A DNA stretch of 64,000 nt from Fistulifera solaris. Taxonomy: Eukaryota. Position 1 is the first letter of the stretch. Every line of letters begins with the position of its first letter. The DNA is taken from positions 744,001 through 808,000 of the forward strand of contig AP026148.1 in NCBI GenBank assembly GCA_030295235.1, written 5' to 3'. Shown piece by piece: positions 50,837 to 62,702 of the stretch. The notes beneath the pieces were generated by a model that was given only the letters and a program-made list of their open reading frames with translations, did no database searches and had not been told where the DNA came from. The position numbers and the translations under genes were made by a program.

Positions 50837-51691
50837 TGTTGATTAAGATATTCCGTTTTTCAGTGTCCTATCTTGAAAGAAAGATCAACAAAAGGAAAGA
50901 ATGAGGGACGACGTGAGTACTGGTAAGATACCGTACCGTCGAAATAACAAAAACTGCACAGGTTTTTCGTTTTGGAAGGCACGACGAGAAGCATCACGAA
51001 CATCCTACGCGACGACGAAGTTCAGAGAGCTTCGCGGCCTATAAGGCCAAAGGACAATCTAGTAGTATCTACTCCGGAGTACCTTTTATCTTCTTTTGTT
51101 ATACTCGAAGCGCGACAGGTATTGACATACTTAATTGTAAAACTACTCGGAAAAATACATAAGGCCAGGCCCATCGGCTTTCTTCGGACATTCAAACAGC
51201 TGAACTGAGTAATTCCTCATTCCAGATTCCATATTTAAAATGAACCTCAGAACTCAGAAATCGGAGCAACAGTGTGACGTTTAAGGAGCTTACGTCGCCT
51301 ATGAGTCAGGACCAGTCCGACGAAGATTCACTCTACTGACTAGTGTAATAAGGGAATGAATGAATGACTTCGTGTAGGTGTGAGTCACACGACAGGATTT
51401 ACTTGCATTTTTGGATGGCCGCCGCCGCGCCGCGTTTGGTTGCACTCGCGTCATCCGCCGTTTTCGCTTGCTTCGCGGTGCCGACACCATTCAAAAAAAA
51501 AAAATAAACTTGCGAAGCATCATCAATCAAATACAATTCCACCGCATTAAACGGCAGTGATATTCTTCCCCTAGGTGTCATTTCATTCTTCATTCTTTTT
51601 GTGGTTACATAAACTGCGTTGTTTATTGTAAAACGACGGGAAAACAGCAAAATAGTTCTTTTTTTGTGTGTTTGAATTGAAGTGCGAACGG

Positions 51692-52682
51692 ATGAAATCA
51701 TTTCTTTTCACACTTTTGATAGGATTGCTATGGCTTTTTTCTCGGCCGGGCCTTTGCGCCCACATCAATTCGTCGACCGGTGTCTTTTTCTCCCGTTTTT
51801 TCCAATCAAATGATACAAAAACACCACAAAAAATCGCAACAACCAATTCTTTCTGCTGTTTACGTAGAAAGACGGATTAGTTCAATCGAACTACGACAAC
51901 AAAACAAACAACCCAAATTTCCGTTTCTGTATCTGATAGGAAGCACTGGCTTACTATCCGTGCTTTCGAAATGGACGGATCTTGTGTCCACATGGCAAGA
52001 ACGATCGCAATGGCTGTCTTTTTTTGCCCTTCTGGGCAGTCTTTCCCGAGTACCCCTCGGAGCTTTATTGCAAACCTACACACTCTGGTTGACAACACAA
52101 CCATTGCTGACCAAATCGATTACATCGGCTGTCATGGGTTGTGTCGGTGATGCCGTCGCGCAACGGTGGGAGCATCATCCGATTTACTCGAAACGACGGG
52201 GCCTGGCGGCGATGGTCGAGGGATTGTTGTGGAGTGGGCCTCTCATGCATCGCGCCTACTCCTTGTTTGAACACATCTTACCAGTTGGCAATAACATGGG
52301 ATTTGCGTTGATTCATGTCTTACTGGATTCTTTACTACTGGATAGTGTCTTTGTGACGAGTGCCTTTTGGATTACGGGTTTGTTGGAAGGTTTTTCCTTC
52401 AAGCAATTGCGACAACAATACCAACGGGATATTGGTGGTACACTCAAAGCCAGCTGGCTGACGAGTTTGTTCTTGTTGCCAGTGGAAGTCGTTTGCTTCC
52501 GCTATTTACCCGTCACCTACCGTGTCTTGGCTGTCAATGTGCTGGATATTGTGTGGGATACTGTGATTTCGTTCATGTCACATAAAACACGAGGAAAAGA
52601 GCTGACTTCTACAACAACAGACGAGTTATCATTACAGTCTCCCATTCTATCGCCCAGCGATGCCGCCTTGGCCATCAGTTAA
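51692..52682 (+). CDS. Mpv17/PMP22 family membrane protein with signal-peptide-like leader; frameshift near 51790
   Basis: PLLTKSITSAVMGCVGDAVAQ, GPLMH..Y..FE, CFRYLPV.YRVL.VN..DIVW. Leader MKSFLFTLLIGLLWL lies in the upstream frame. Confidence 0.85.
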
Positions 52683-53368
52683 GAGGAATAAGGCGAACAA
52701 ACATTGACGATACAACTGTAAAATAGAAAACAAGCAACGAGTCATGTTTATAAATTTAGATTTTCGGTCGCGAGACAGAGAGATTGCGCTTTTAAGAGTC
52801 TCCATAAGGGCGCGTTGCTTGGTTTTAATTCAAGGTTCGAGTCACGGGGTGCGTTCCGGCTTTTCTTTTCAAGCGGCTAGCGGCACTTGAACAAATTGAT
52901 AAAAATATTGAGTTGCTTGACATTCCATTGGAACTTGAAACGGATTTACGGCGAAAGCCTGTTGCAATGAGTGCTCTCGAAAATGCTGAAACTAAAGACA
53001 ATCAAAAAACGAAGAATTGTGAGGGACGAGATATTATGATATTTAGGAGGGTGACGGGCGGGCTGCAATCCGCGACTGGAACTATGGGACTTTTTACAAT
53101 ATGAAACGACAACGGATATTGCAAGTCCTATCAAACCAAAAATGGCCATGATACACTTTCCGTTGAATACAAATGGGCCACACAGAACGTTTATTTCCCT
53201 AAAAATTCTGGACCTCATGAAACACACACACATTTTGACGAGTTTCAAAAAAGCGGGAAGCTTCTTACCTCGCTGACAGGTCTTTTGCGTTTCATGAACG
53301 AGCTAGCGATTACTTGAAAGACAGACTGAGTGAAGAGAACAACACTCGACTCAACAATAAGTAAAGCC

Positions 53369-54997
53369 ATGAAACAATGGCTTTTTTTCCACGAGCTTCG
53401 CGATCGTTACTGTCTACGCCGATCCAGAAATCGTCATCGAAGAAAATGAAAATTCGCGCAATGTATTCCGGAGAGGTATTCATCCTCGCGGTCAAATCGA
53501 ACCACGAATGACTGGAGGATTTCCTAGTGGCCCGGGTGCCTTTCCCTTTACAGTTCACACATTCGATGGTGATCAAGGCTTATGCGGTGGTGTTTTAGTT
53601 CATTCAGATGTCGTTGTCACAGCAGCATCGTGTCAGAGTGTCTTTGAAGCCACCAATACAACTTATGTCGGTAGTAACGATCTGTATGGACGCGATTTTG
53701 CGCCACTAATAGCAATATCATCGGCGTTGCCACATCCCGACTTTGATGAGGTGACCTACGAGAATGATATTATGCTGTTGCATTTGGAAACCCCTGTTGG
53801 CAGTGCAGTCGCTACGATTGCTAAGCAAATACCATCGGATGATCAGTTATTATTTGCTTTGGGCTTTGGGAGACTCAATCCACTCGATGAAACATTTCCC
53901 ACGACTCGACATGAAGTCGACATGCCAGCGGTTAGCTTTTCGGCATGTCGAGATGTCTATGCGAACGCTGTTGATTCGGAGCGAAATGTATGTGCGGGTA
54001 TTGCTGGGATGGGACCTTGTGACGGAGATGAAGGAGCACCATTACTGGATGCCGTCACAACGACACTTCAGGGAATTTGGTCCTATTCAGAAGGATGTGG
54101 AGCCGCACCGGCTGTCTTCACTCGAGTGGCCTATTATGATTCATGGATTCGTGAATTCATATGCAACTATTCGCAGAGCTGCCCGACGATTGCTCGTCGC
54201 CAGGAGAGGATGATGATGTACCCGTTACTGATGACGAATCGACGAATGATGACATTCCCGTACACGATGACGTGCCTGTTCCAGCGGATGATGATGAACC
54301 TGTAGATGACGACAACATTCCAACATCATCACCAACGCATGAAGTATTGCAACCGAATAACGGAAAGGGAAAAGGCAAAGGAAACAGATCCAGGAAGTCT
54401 GTGGATAGCAAATCGCACAAGAAGAACAGATCCGACAAACTGTCGAAGAAGTCGTTGTCGTCAGGTAAAGGCTCGACGGGGAAAGGGTCTAATGGCACAG
54501 GTTCAACGGGTAAAGGATCCGGAAAAGGGTCATTGGGAAAAGGTTCTAATGGGAAAGGGTCATTTGGAAAAGGTTCTAGTGGAAAAGGCTCATTAGGGAA
54601 GGGAGCTATTGGAAACGGCTCTATCGGAAAAGGTTCTGCAGGTAACGGCTCCAATGGCAAAGGATCTACTGGAAAGGGATCGAATGGCAAAGGATCTACT
54701 GGAAAGGGATCGAATGGCAAAGGCTCCTCTGGAAAAGGATATGTCGGCAAGGAATCGGGCGGCAAGGGTTCTTCTGGAAAAGGATCAGGCGGCAAAGGTT
54801 CTTATGGGAAAAAATCGAGCAAGAAAGGTTCTTCGGGTAAAAAATTATACGGCAAAGGATCATCAAGTGGGAAACGTACCTACGGAAAGGGTTCAGACCG
54901 ACAGTCGGCAACAACGCTGACAGATGATCGTGCCGTTGATGTCTCCCCCTACAATATATTGGAGCGACGCCATAATCGGTCACCATACTCTCCATAA
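53369..54997 (+). CDS. Secreted trypsin-like protease homologue (non-catalytic) with acidic linker and GKGS repeat tail; frameshifts near 53385 and 54180
   Basis: Signal MKQWLFFSTSFAIVTVYA; activation-like IEPR|MTGG; CGGVLV, VTAASC, NDIMLL, CDGDEGAP, PAVFTRV; tail ORF 54161-54997. Confidence 0.82.
54463..54895 (+). repeat. Coding 15-nt repeat encoding (GKGSx)n
   Basis: More than 20 pentapeptide units GKGS[T/N/S/L/F/...]. Confidence 0.9.
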
Positions 54998-56011
54998 GCC
55001 TTCACAACTAGACCAACAGTTTAATGAATAGCAATTCTTTTACTTAACCATCCAATTATCAACTAACTGATATACTTTTGTATAAACTTGATAAAGGACA
55101 GAAATTAGCCTTCGCACTGTAATGCACTGGATTGTTTTACTCAGGCGCGAAAATTATCAACAAAGCGTGCACTCTGAATGATGCCCTGGCCGGAGCCAAT
55201 GTGTTGTCAAGAACAGATCCAATGAGCAACTGACCATCGTCATCCCAAAATATTCCTACCGTGGTGAAGCAAAACAACCACTGACATATTTTTTAATAAG
55301 TCATACCTCAGCTGCTTCATCGAAGATCCTTACGATCATTCTTTTCAGTGAATGCGCTTTATCTAAAAACTCCGGAAGGTGGCGGGTTAACCATTAGCAC
55401 GACTGCATTGCAGTCACGAACCAAAAATATATTCTCCAATGCAGGCTACCGGAGCTCCTGACGCTAAATTGATAAGCTGTAATTATCCTTGGTAACAAAC
55501 AACTGTTACACGCAACATTATCAGCAAATACACGCAACATTATCAGCAAATGATTTACTGATTGTGTCAAGCTTGCCAGTAGGTTTCTGCAAAATTGAAT
55601 GTAGGCCCAAAGTGTAAGCGACCATTCTTCACGACTGCATTCCAGTCACGAAATGATTGTCGTGCGAAGCCCACTGCTTCCTAGCTGGAGGTTCTTCTAC
55701 AAAATTGCTAAGCTGCACCTGTCGTTGATATGATGGAGTTGTTGTATTCAACAATTGCAACGGATGATAATACGATCCTGTCGAAAAACGTAATTCGTGA
55801 CTGAAGCATGATGTTCACTGGCCGTGACTGACTCACTTTTTCTTTTCGCAGCACGCAGCACCACAAAAATTATTGATGTTTTTCTTTTTCGTCGTTGATG
55901 CTCCTGATCGCTCGCAAAAATCTCGATCGACCTTTCGAAACGCTGCAATACCAACTGATTCTGTTCTTATTCTATAGTTCTGCTACACACAGAAGCAACT
56001 AAGAAAACGAA

Positions 56012-56675
56012 ATGACGAAACGACGTCATTTATTACTGCTACAGTGCTTCGGAATGCATTGGCTGTTCTGTCAAGCCAATGGGTTTTCGATCACGCGAGA
56101 GACGCAATTAATTCGTTCTAGGACGTTTCCAAGCAACCAACGTCGCCCTCTTGTATCAAACACGACGAAACACGCACCACGAAACAGCAGCACATCACTG
56201 TTATTACTAAACTGGCGAGGCGGTGCGATATTGACATCAACGACAATTTCATCGCTGACGCAGCGAATTGTGTCGTCTTCTCAAGCCTGTTGGGTGGTAT
56301 TAATCTGCACTGTCATCTTGGAAAGTTGTGCTACCTCTGTATCAAAGCAATCGCGTGATCTAAAGTCAAAGCGACTTTTTGCGCTCGCCTGTGCCATGTA
56401 TCTTCTGAGGTACGTCCCTGTGGAAGCGAAATTTTTACTATGCGCCTCCATTTCTCGACAGCTAACCTTTCATTTTGATTTCTAAAAGCATGTGGGGCTT
56501 CAATTTGAGTTTGGCGCAAGTTCCGGTCGGCATCGCGTATGCGGTATGGAGTGCACTCGGAACGACATTGGTATCGACCATAGGTATTCTACATTTTGAT
56601 GAAACGATGAATTGGAAGAAAGCGGTTTGTTTGCTGTTGATTGTCGCGGGAGTTGTCGGATTGAATGTTGGATGA
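56012..56675 (+). CDS. Second SMR (EmrE/QacE-type) transporter with bipartite plastid-type leader; intron 56410-56488
   Basis: TVILESCATSVSK (TM1 Glu); spliced YLLS|MWGFNLSLAQVPVGIAYAVWSALG..FDE..GVVGLN; leader ending ANG-FSI. Confidence 0.85.
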
Positions 56676-58135
56676 TTTTTACAATACTAGTGAACGAGAG
56701 GAAGCAACGTAGAATAAAGAACAATTGCGAAAATAGATTATTAATGAGTTACGGAGTAGTTTTGAACGACAGATGACCTCCCGCTCTTTGCACGTACACA
56801 TGCCGCACCCTCTATCGTTCAATACGTGATGAAAAGCGCGATTAAAGAAGCTGGGCACTTTGTCGTGAGGCAACTCTTTCAAAACAACGGAAAGGCAGCA
56901 CAAAGTATCGTTAGTCAGGACTACGTCATGCCCGCGTACGACAACGAGTATTTCCCTTTCAATTCTGGAGCTGAATCTCAAATTAACGCGCTTCAAGAAA
57001 TCTCATGTTCGTTGCAGCGGACGATCGACGTGTGATTTGCCACGGACAGCCGCGATGACAACTAATCTATTGTGGAGGTAGCCTAGGGCGTTCGGTTGAT
57101 TGTCGAGTACATTGAATGCAATCAAAGTAGCGCGTTTTTGTCCCTAGTTATTGGAATACATTACCTTATCGATCAAAAAAAAAGAATTTCCACAGCAGTC
57201 GCATCATGATAAAAATGTCGGTGGGAACCATTGTAATCCTAGAATAGTTCAGCATGACAACAGCCAATAATTCGATAGATTCTTGTTTCCTCACTCCGAC
57301 TTTTTTTACTCCAGCATTTGCCAAAAATCCCACAGTCGGTGCAAGTGATGTAGACGACAAGTGTGGCTTTAAGCATCAAGTGTTGACATCCTGTCGGCCT
57401 TACTATTGCCCAACATGGCAATCCTATTCAATAGAAAGAGTATGACAGCAGACGTACTCGTAACCACTGAACGATTAACCGCGATATCTTTGACGGAACC
57501 ATCATTTTGCCAATCGATAGGTACGGTTTCTTGTCTCGGAGTCATCGTTCACCTAACCGATCGCGTGCGATGAGAAGTTGAAAGAAAATCTCAGAAACGA
57601 CTGAAAGTATCAACCAGTTCCCAGTGCTCTATAAGCAGAACTCGCGCTTAGTTATCTTTTGAGGAACGAAAGATAGATAGATAGCACAGTCACTTTCTTT
57701 TCCACCCGAACACCATTCCTATCAATCACGACTTCAGGAATTATGACGGAGTCGAAACAAACTATGGAGTACAATCCTTCTACCATCCGGCAGCTCGCGC
57801 TTCATGACTGAAATACAGTCGTGGCGAAAACCAGACTACACTTTGGGACTATAGTATTTACTGAAGCTTAAGGGCAAACGATGATCCCCAAGGCTTTTTT
57901 GACAAAACGAGTCATCGATGCGTCCGCTACAAATGATGCTGAAGTGGTATCACCGTGACAAGAATCTTATGGTGCTTTGCAAGCTAGCCAAAAGTTCGCC
58001 TGATGCAGCGACGAAGCACATCATGAGGCAATAACAGTATCACAATCATGAGCTTACTTTATTAGAAAAAGAATAAGAAGGTGAATACTGTCTTCTATTC
58101 GTGTTTACTTAGGTTAACTTTGATTCGATTTGCTG

Positions 58136-58643
58136 CTACGACACCTCCTTCACACAAAAAGAAAAAAAGGAACACGAACTCAACCCATTGAAACATTTCT
58201 CCCTGCATTGAACACAACCAAGGAGACAGGGATGAAATAGTGGTTTAATCACAAGTCAGATCGATTGTCATGAAAAAACGTTCATTTGCTAAGGGCACTT
58301 ACCCATTGCTACAGGAACTTGAACCGAAACAGAAAGATGCGTCTGAATCGGTCGCGCAAATAGCATCTCCTTCGTAAGTTCGAATGCACAAACCATCTCT
58401 GCCGCACGGATCTCCTTTCGTAGTACAGGTCTCAAAAGCACTAGCTCTTGAGCAATCCGTGGGTGGATCAGCCGGGGCGTCCTCCGGGCCGTCGTCCGGT
58501 GGCCCTGAGGGAATATTCTTATCGCTGCAGAGAAGGTTCATTCGTTCAAATAACGACATCGGCTGACTCTGTGCCGTTGACGCGAGAGTGAGAGCGAGTA
58601 GGACAAGAATGCATCGGTAAAAGAGTGTTTGCGGAAGCTTCAT
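58136..58643 (-). CDS. Small secreted 10-Cys-domain protein, copy 1; intron 58302-58203
   Basis: Signal peptide, Pro/Asp linker, then CSRASAFETCTTKGDPCGRDGLCIRTYEGDAICATDSDASFCFGSSSCSNG|EKCFNGLSSCSFFSFCVKEVS*; paralogous to 61384-62075. Confidence 0.78.
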
Positions 58644-59487
58644 GATGAGGTTGCTCGAGGTTTTGTTTGTTTTGGATATAACATTCTCCATCTTCAAGAG
58701 TTTGACGAAGGTGCAAGGTTCACTGTTCACTGTTCACTCGTCGCTGGTCGCTCGAGTACAACTACAACCTCACAGTCCAAAGGACTTGTTCTGACTTCAG
58801 ACTATCATGCGAGTACTTGTTCCGTACTGAATCTACCTTATACCTTATCATTGCCCGGCAGCCGGCCCTTTGTACGATAGACGATAGGCGAGAAAGGCGA
58901 CAGATGGCAGAACGAGTAACGAGTCAGTCCTCTGCGTTTAGAGCTCCCCGATCCCCGATGCCCAATGATCAATTATCAATGAGGCATCGACTACAAAAAA
59001 GCAAAAAAGAAATTACTGGTACTACGTAGTAAGAGACCTAGGTTACAACGCAAACGGCATTGGCAAGGCATAAATCAAAATGATTAAGTAAAACATTAAT
59101 ATAATCAAAAAAAAAAAAATTTTTTATCAATGAAAGTGTAGATTATCTGAATTTTACATTCGGAAGTGGGGACTGGAGACAGTAAAAGAAAAGAACTCGT
59201 GTTTCAAGATTAAAGTGCTGGGGTTTTATTTATACTGATCTATTATTGCCCCCGCGGAAACGACGTTGACGTGTGCCGCAGGCCCCTATCGTTGCAGTGC
59301 CACACTGAAAACGAATACAAAGTAATAAGAAAAAAAGAGTATTAAGTGATTCAAACTCGAGAAAAAGATCCGGAACCTTTTCCTCGTCACTCGTCACTCG
59401 TCCCCAATAAACAATAAAAGATCGCAACGAAATAATTGAATTGAAGGAACTGGTATATTTCTCATTACAAGGTATCGGACGTTCAAC

Positions 59488-60772
59488 ATGAGGCGATTGA
59501 ATATACCATTGATGTTGGCGATCTTGCCAGCAGCAAGATCAGTTCATGCTAGGAATGAAACTACCGTGATCCCAAATCAGTACATCGTCTATTATGAAAA
59601 GAATGCAGACCCTGTCGCCACCAATGAAAGACTCTTTTTTTCTTCCGATTCATCGGTGGCGTCCTCTGAAGATTTTCGAGTCGTCGTGGAAGCGCGCAGA
59701 GCGATTGCCATTGCTGGTATAACCGATGAGCAATATCAAGAGCTTCTTCAGGATCCTGCTGTCGCAAAGATTACTCCGGTAAGCTCGAATGAATCATCAT
59801 CGACCGTCTACTCCTCATTTTCCGACATGTTTCGAGTACATCCCTCAAGTTTTTCTCATTTACTCCGTAAGTAGGACTACAGAATTTCGATTGCGGCAGT
59901 CGATAGCTGGGGATTGGACCGAATCGATCAATCCGATCTTCCTCTCGACGACACATACAACACTCCATACACGGGCGCTGGGGGTCCAAGTATACATTAT
60001 TGACACGGGTATCAAGAAAAGCCACGTGGATTTTCAAGGTCGAGCTACGTGCGGTTTGAATATGATTCCCTATGAAAGTTGCGATGACACTCAATCTCAT
60101 GGTACGCATGTGGCGGGGACAGTCGGAGGCAGAAGGTATGGTGTAGCCAAGGGCGTTAGCTTGATTGATGTAAAGGTGCTGAATGCCACCGGTAGCGGCG
60201 AGTGGTCGTCTCTTATATCTGCCCTGGAGTATGTGATTGAACAAAAGAAGGAATCACCAGAGACACCCATGGTGATCAACATGTCCTTGGGTGGCGCAGA
60301 AATCATACCAGAATTCAAGGACATTATTGATGAAGCTGTTGCGGCAGGGATTGTAGTTGTTGTGGCGGCAGGCAACGATTCGATCGATGCCTGTGAATTC
60401 TCCCCGGCATACGTGCAAAGTGCTATAACGGTCGGGGCGAGTGATTGGGACGACAAGCCAGCCGATTTTTTCTAATTTTGGTCGCTGCGTCGACTTGTAT
60501 GCACCGGGCGTCAGTATAAACTCTGCTTATTTTATGTTCGACATGTCCATAACATACGACGGGACGAGTATGGCTGCACCCCACGTCGCCGGTGTTGCGG
60601 CGCTTTACTTGAAGCACATCCAACTTGGACATCCGCCCAAGTTTGGAATGCTATGAAAAAGGATGCCGTAGGAGGGAAAATTCAAGTCACGCTCGATTTC
60701 TTTCAGCTGAACACGTATTTTCGAAAGAGAAGAACCACCGATCTTTTGTTGCAAGCTCAGCACATTGATTAG
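59488..60772 (+). CDS. Secreted subtilisin (S8A, proteinase K/aqualysin-like), copy 1; intron 59779-59874; frameshifts near 59983, 60470 and 60620
   Basis: Signal plus I9-like propeptide (VIPNQYIV); SWGLDRIDQ; triad IIDTG / HGTHVAG / [11 protein letters not shown]. Confidence 0.9.
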
Positions 60773-61383
60773 AATAAAACTAGATTATGCCTTGGTCATT
60801 TCTACTATTATATCTCTCTAGTCAGGAAGTCGTGTTAAGTATCAGCTGCCAGCTAGGGACTTTGCTGTTTGCTTGGTGGTGCTTCAGATTGTGGATTCAA
60901 GACTCAATAGTCGTCAGAATTCTTCAACAGCAACAGCGACCTAAATACTAAAATGAATTCAAAATTGATTTAGATACTTCAATGTGCGTAATTTATGTTT
61001 CTATCACACCTTGCACTTTTGGCTTCGACTTTGTTCATTCAGAGTTCAGAGCTGGAACGTGTAGGAGTGCATCCCATGTTGCCGGAGTCGCGACATTCTA
61101 CCTGCAAACCAATCAAACGTTGACGCAAGAGCCAACATGAACTGTCCTGCGAGGTCACACGATCAGAAGAGTGCGCCGTACGCTCTCCCCTTTGGAAAAC
61201 TACTTTCGAATTTCCACGACATCTAGTGACGTTCCAGGCAGTCTTCGTGTCGACGCGAGTGATCACGATGGCAGTAGCCACAGCCAGTAATGAAAGAGCC
61301 ACGGAACGTCAAAAATGTGTAGTTGACTCTTTTGTAGCCCATAAGTCACTGACTTTCTCTCATAGATAATGATAGCAGCGTCT

Positions 61384-62075
61384 TCACGACCGCAATTCTA
61401 TGACACAAAACGAAGTTCCTTGACAGGCCGAGATACCATTGAAGCATTGTTGACTAAAGTAGCACGTAAAATAGGTTAGATCAAGCTATTGTAGGTCGAC
61501 TTTAACCACAAAAAGTCTTCAGAAACTTACCCTGACGCGCAATCGTCCGAGGTTAAACAAAGCGTAGCGGTACTATCGGTAGCGCAAATCGGAAGACCTT
61601 CGACGGTTCGTACACACAATCCATTTGCACCACAGGGGTCACCGTCTGTGTCACATGTTTCAAACGCGTTGCTTTTGTTGCATAAACTAAAGGGTGTGGG
61701 TGCGATACTGGGTTTCTTGGTCGGCTCGTCCGTGGGCTCCAAAGTCGGCGCGAGGGAAGGTTGTTCAGATGTGGAAGGAGCTGCCGAGACAGAAGGTTTA
61801 GGAGATTGACTGGGCTGTAATGAAGACGATGGTTGAGCAGAGAGAACCGGCGAAGGCGCTGCCGATGCAGTCGGCTCGAAAGATGGCACTTTCGAAGGTG
61901 TCATTGACGGTACAGGCGACTGAGTCGGCGCCATTGTCTGTTTGGACGGAACAGAGGAAACGCGGCCGCAGATGGCATTGACGCGATCAAACAAAAGCAT
62001 ATTTTGTGCGTTTGTTGTGAAAGCATTCACGAGGAAAATTAACAAAAGAGTCGAATAAGTGCAGCAGCGAGGCAT
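61384..62075 (-). CDS. Small secreted 10-Cys-domain protein, copy 2, with Pro/Ser/Thr linker; intron 61530-61454
   Basis: Signal; PSxxPS repeats; CNKSNAFETCDTDGDPCGANGLCVRTVEGLPICATDSTATLCLTSDDCASG|QQCFNGISACQGTSFCVIELRS*; same intron position as copy 1. Confidence 0.8.
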
Positions 62076-62702
62076 CTTTGCTTATGATGCGTTTTTCCTT
62101 TGCACGTGCGTGCCGATGGTATCAAGCGCGGTTTGATAAAATACTGCTTTTGGCTTATCAACGATCGTTTTATGCAATCAAGTCACAAGGATTCACCATT
62201 AATCGTTTTCGTTACGTCGCATTGCGGAGGAATAAACACCGAAAAAAATTCCTGTCATGGCTCGTGGCTATGGTGCCACTATAATACTAATTGTATAGTT
62301 TTACATGTTGTATTTCTCACTGTTAAACTTCCTTCCTTCTTCATCCAATTCTCTCAAGGCAGGGTCTCATAAGCTCATAAGGCCCAGCGGTAACCAGTCA
62401 TCTGTCATCAGTCATCAGTCATTTATTCTTTATCCTCGAAAATCCTGAAGGACACAGAAAATGGAAATTGACAATACACTTTTAATGTAGACTTTTGCTC
62501 GTAGAATCAACAATTAACTATCTAACCTGTCGTCCACAATGACCTTTGACCATTGGGCTTGGTACTGGAACCTGGTACCGGTACCAGGTACTGGGCGGGC
62601 TCGCAGGCTCGCTCACTCCCCTATGCCGCATATCTCCTCCATTATTATTTTTCCTTTACAAAATAAACTCAGTAAGAACAAGCAACCATTTCTCTCAACA
62701 CC

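Noticed and set aside
54157..54795. Pro-rich (PFPxD)n ORF on the minus strand
   Set aside because: Antisense shadow of the GKGS repeat.
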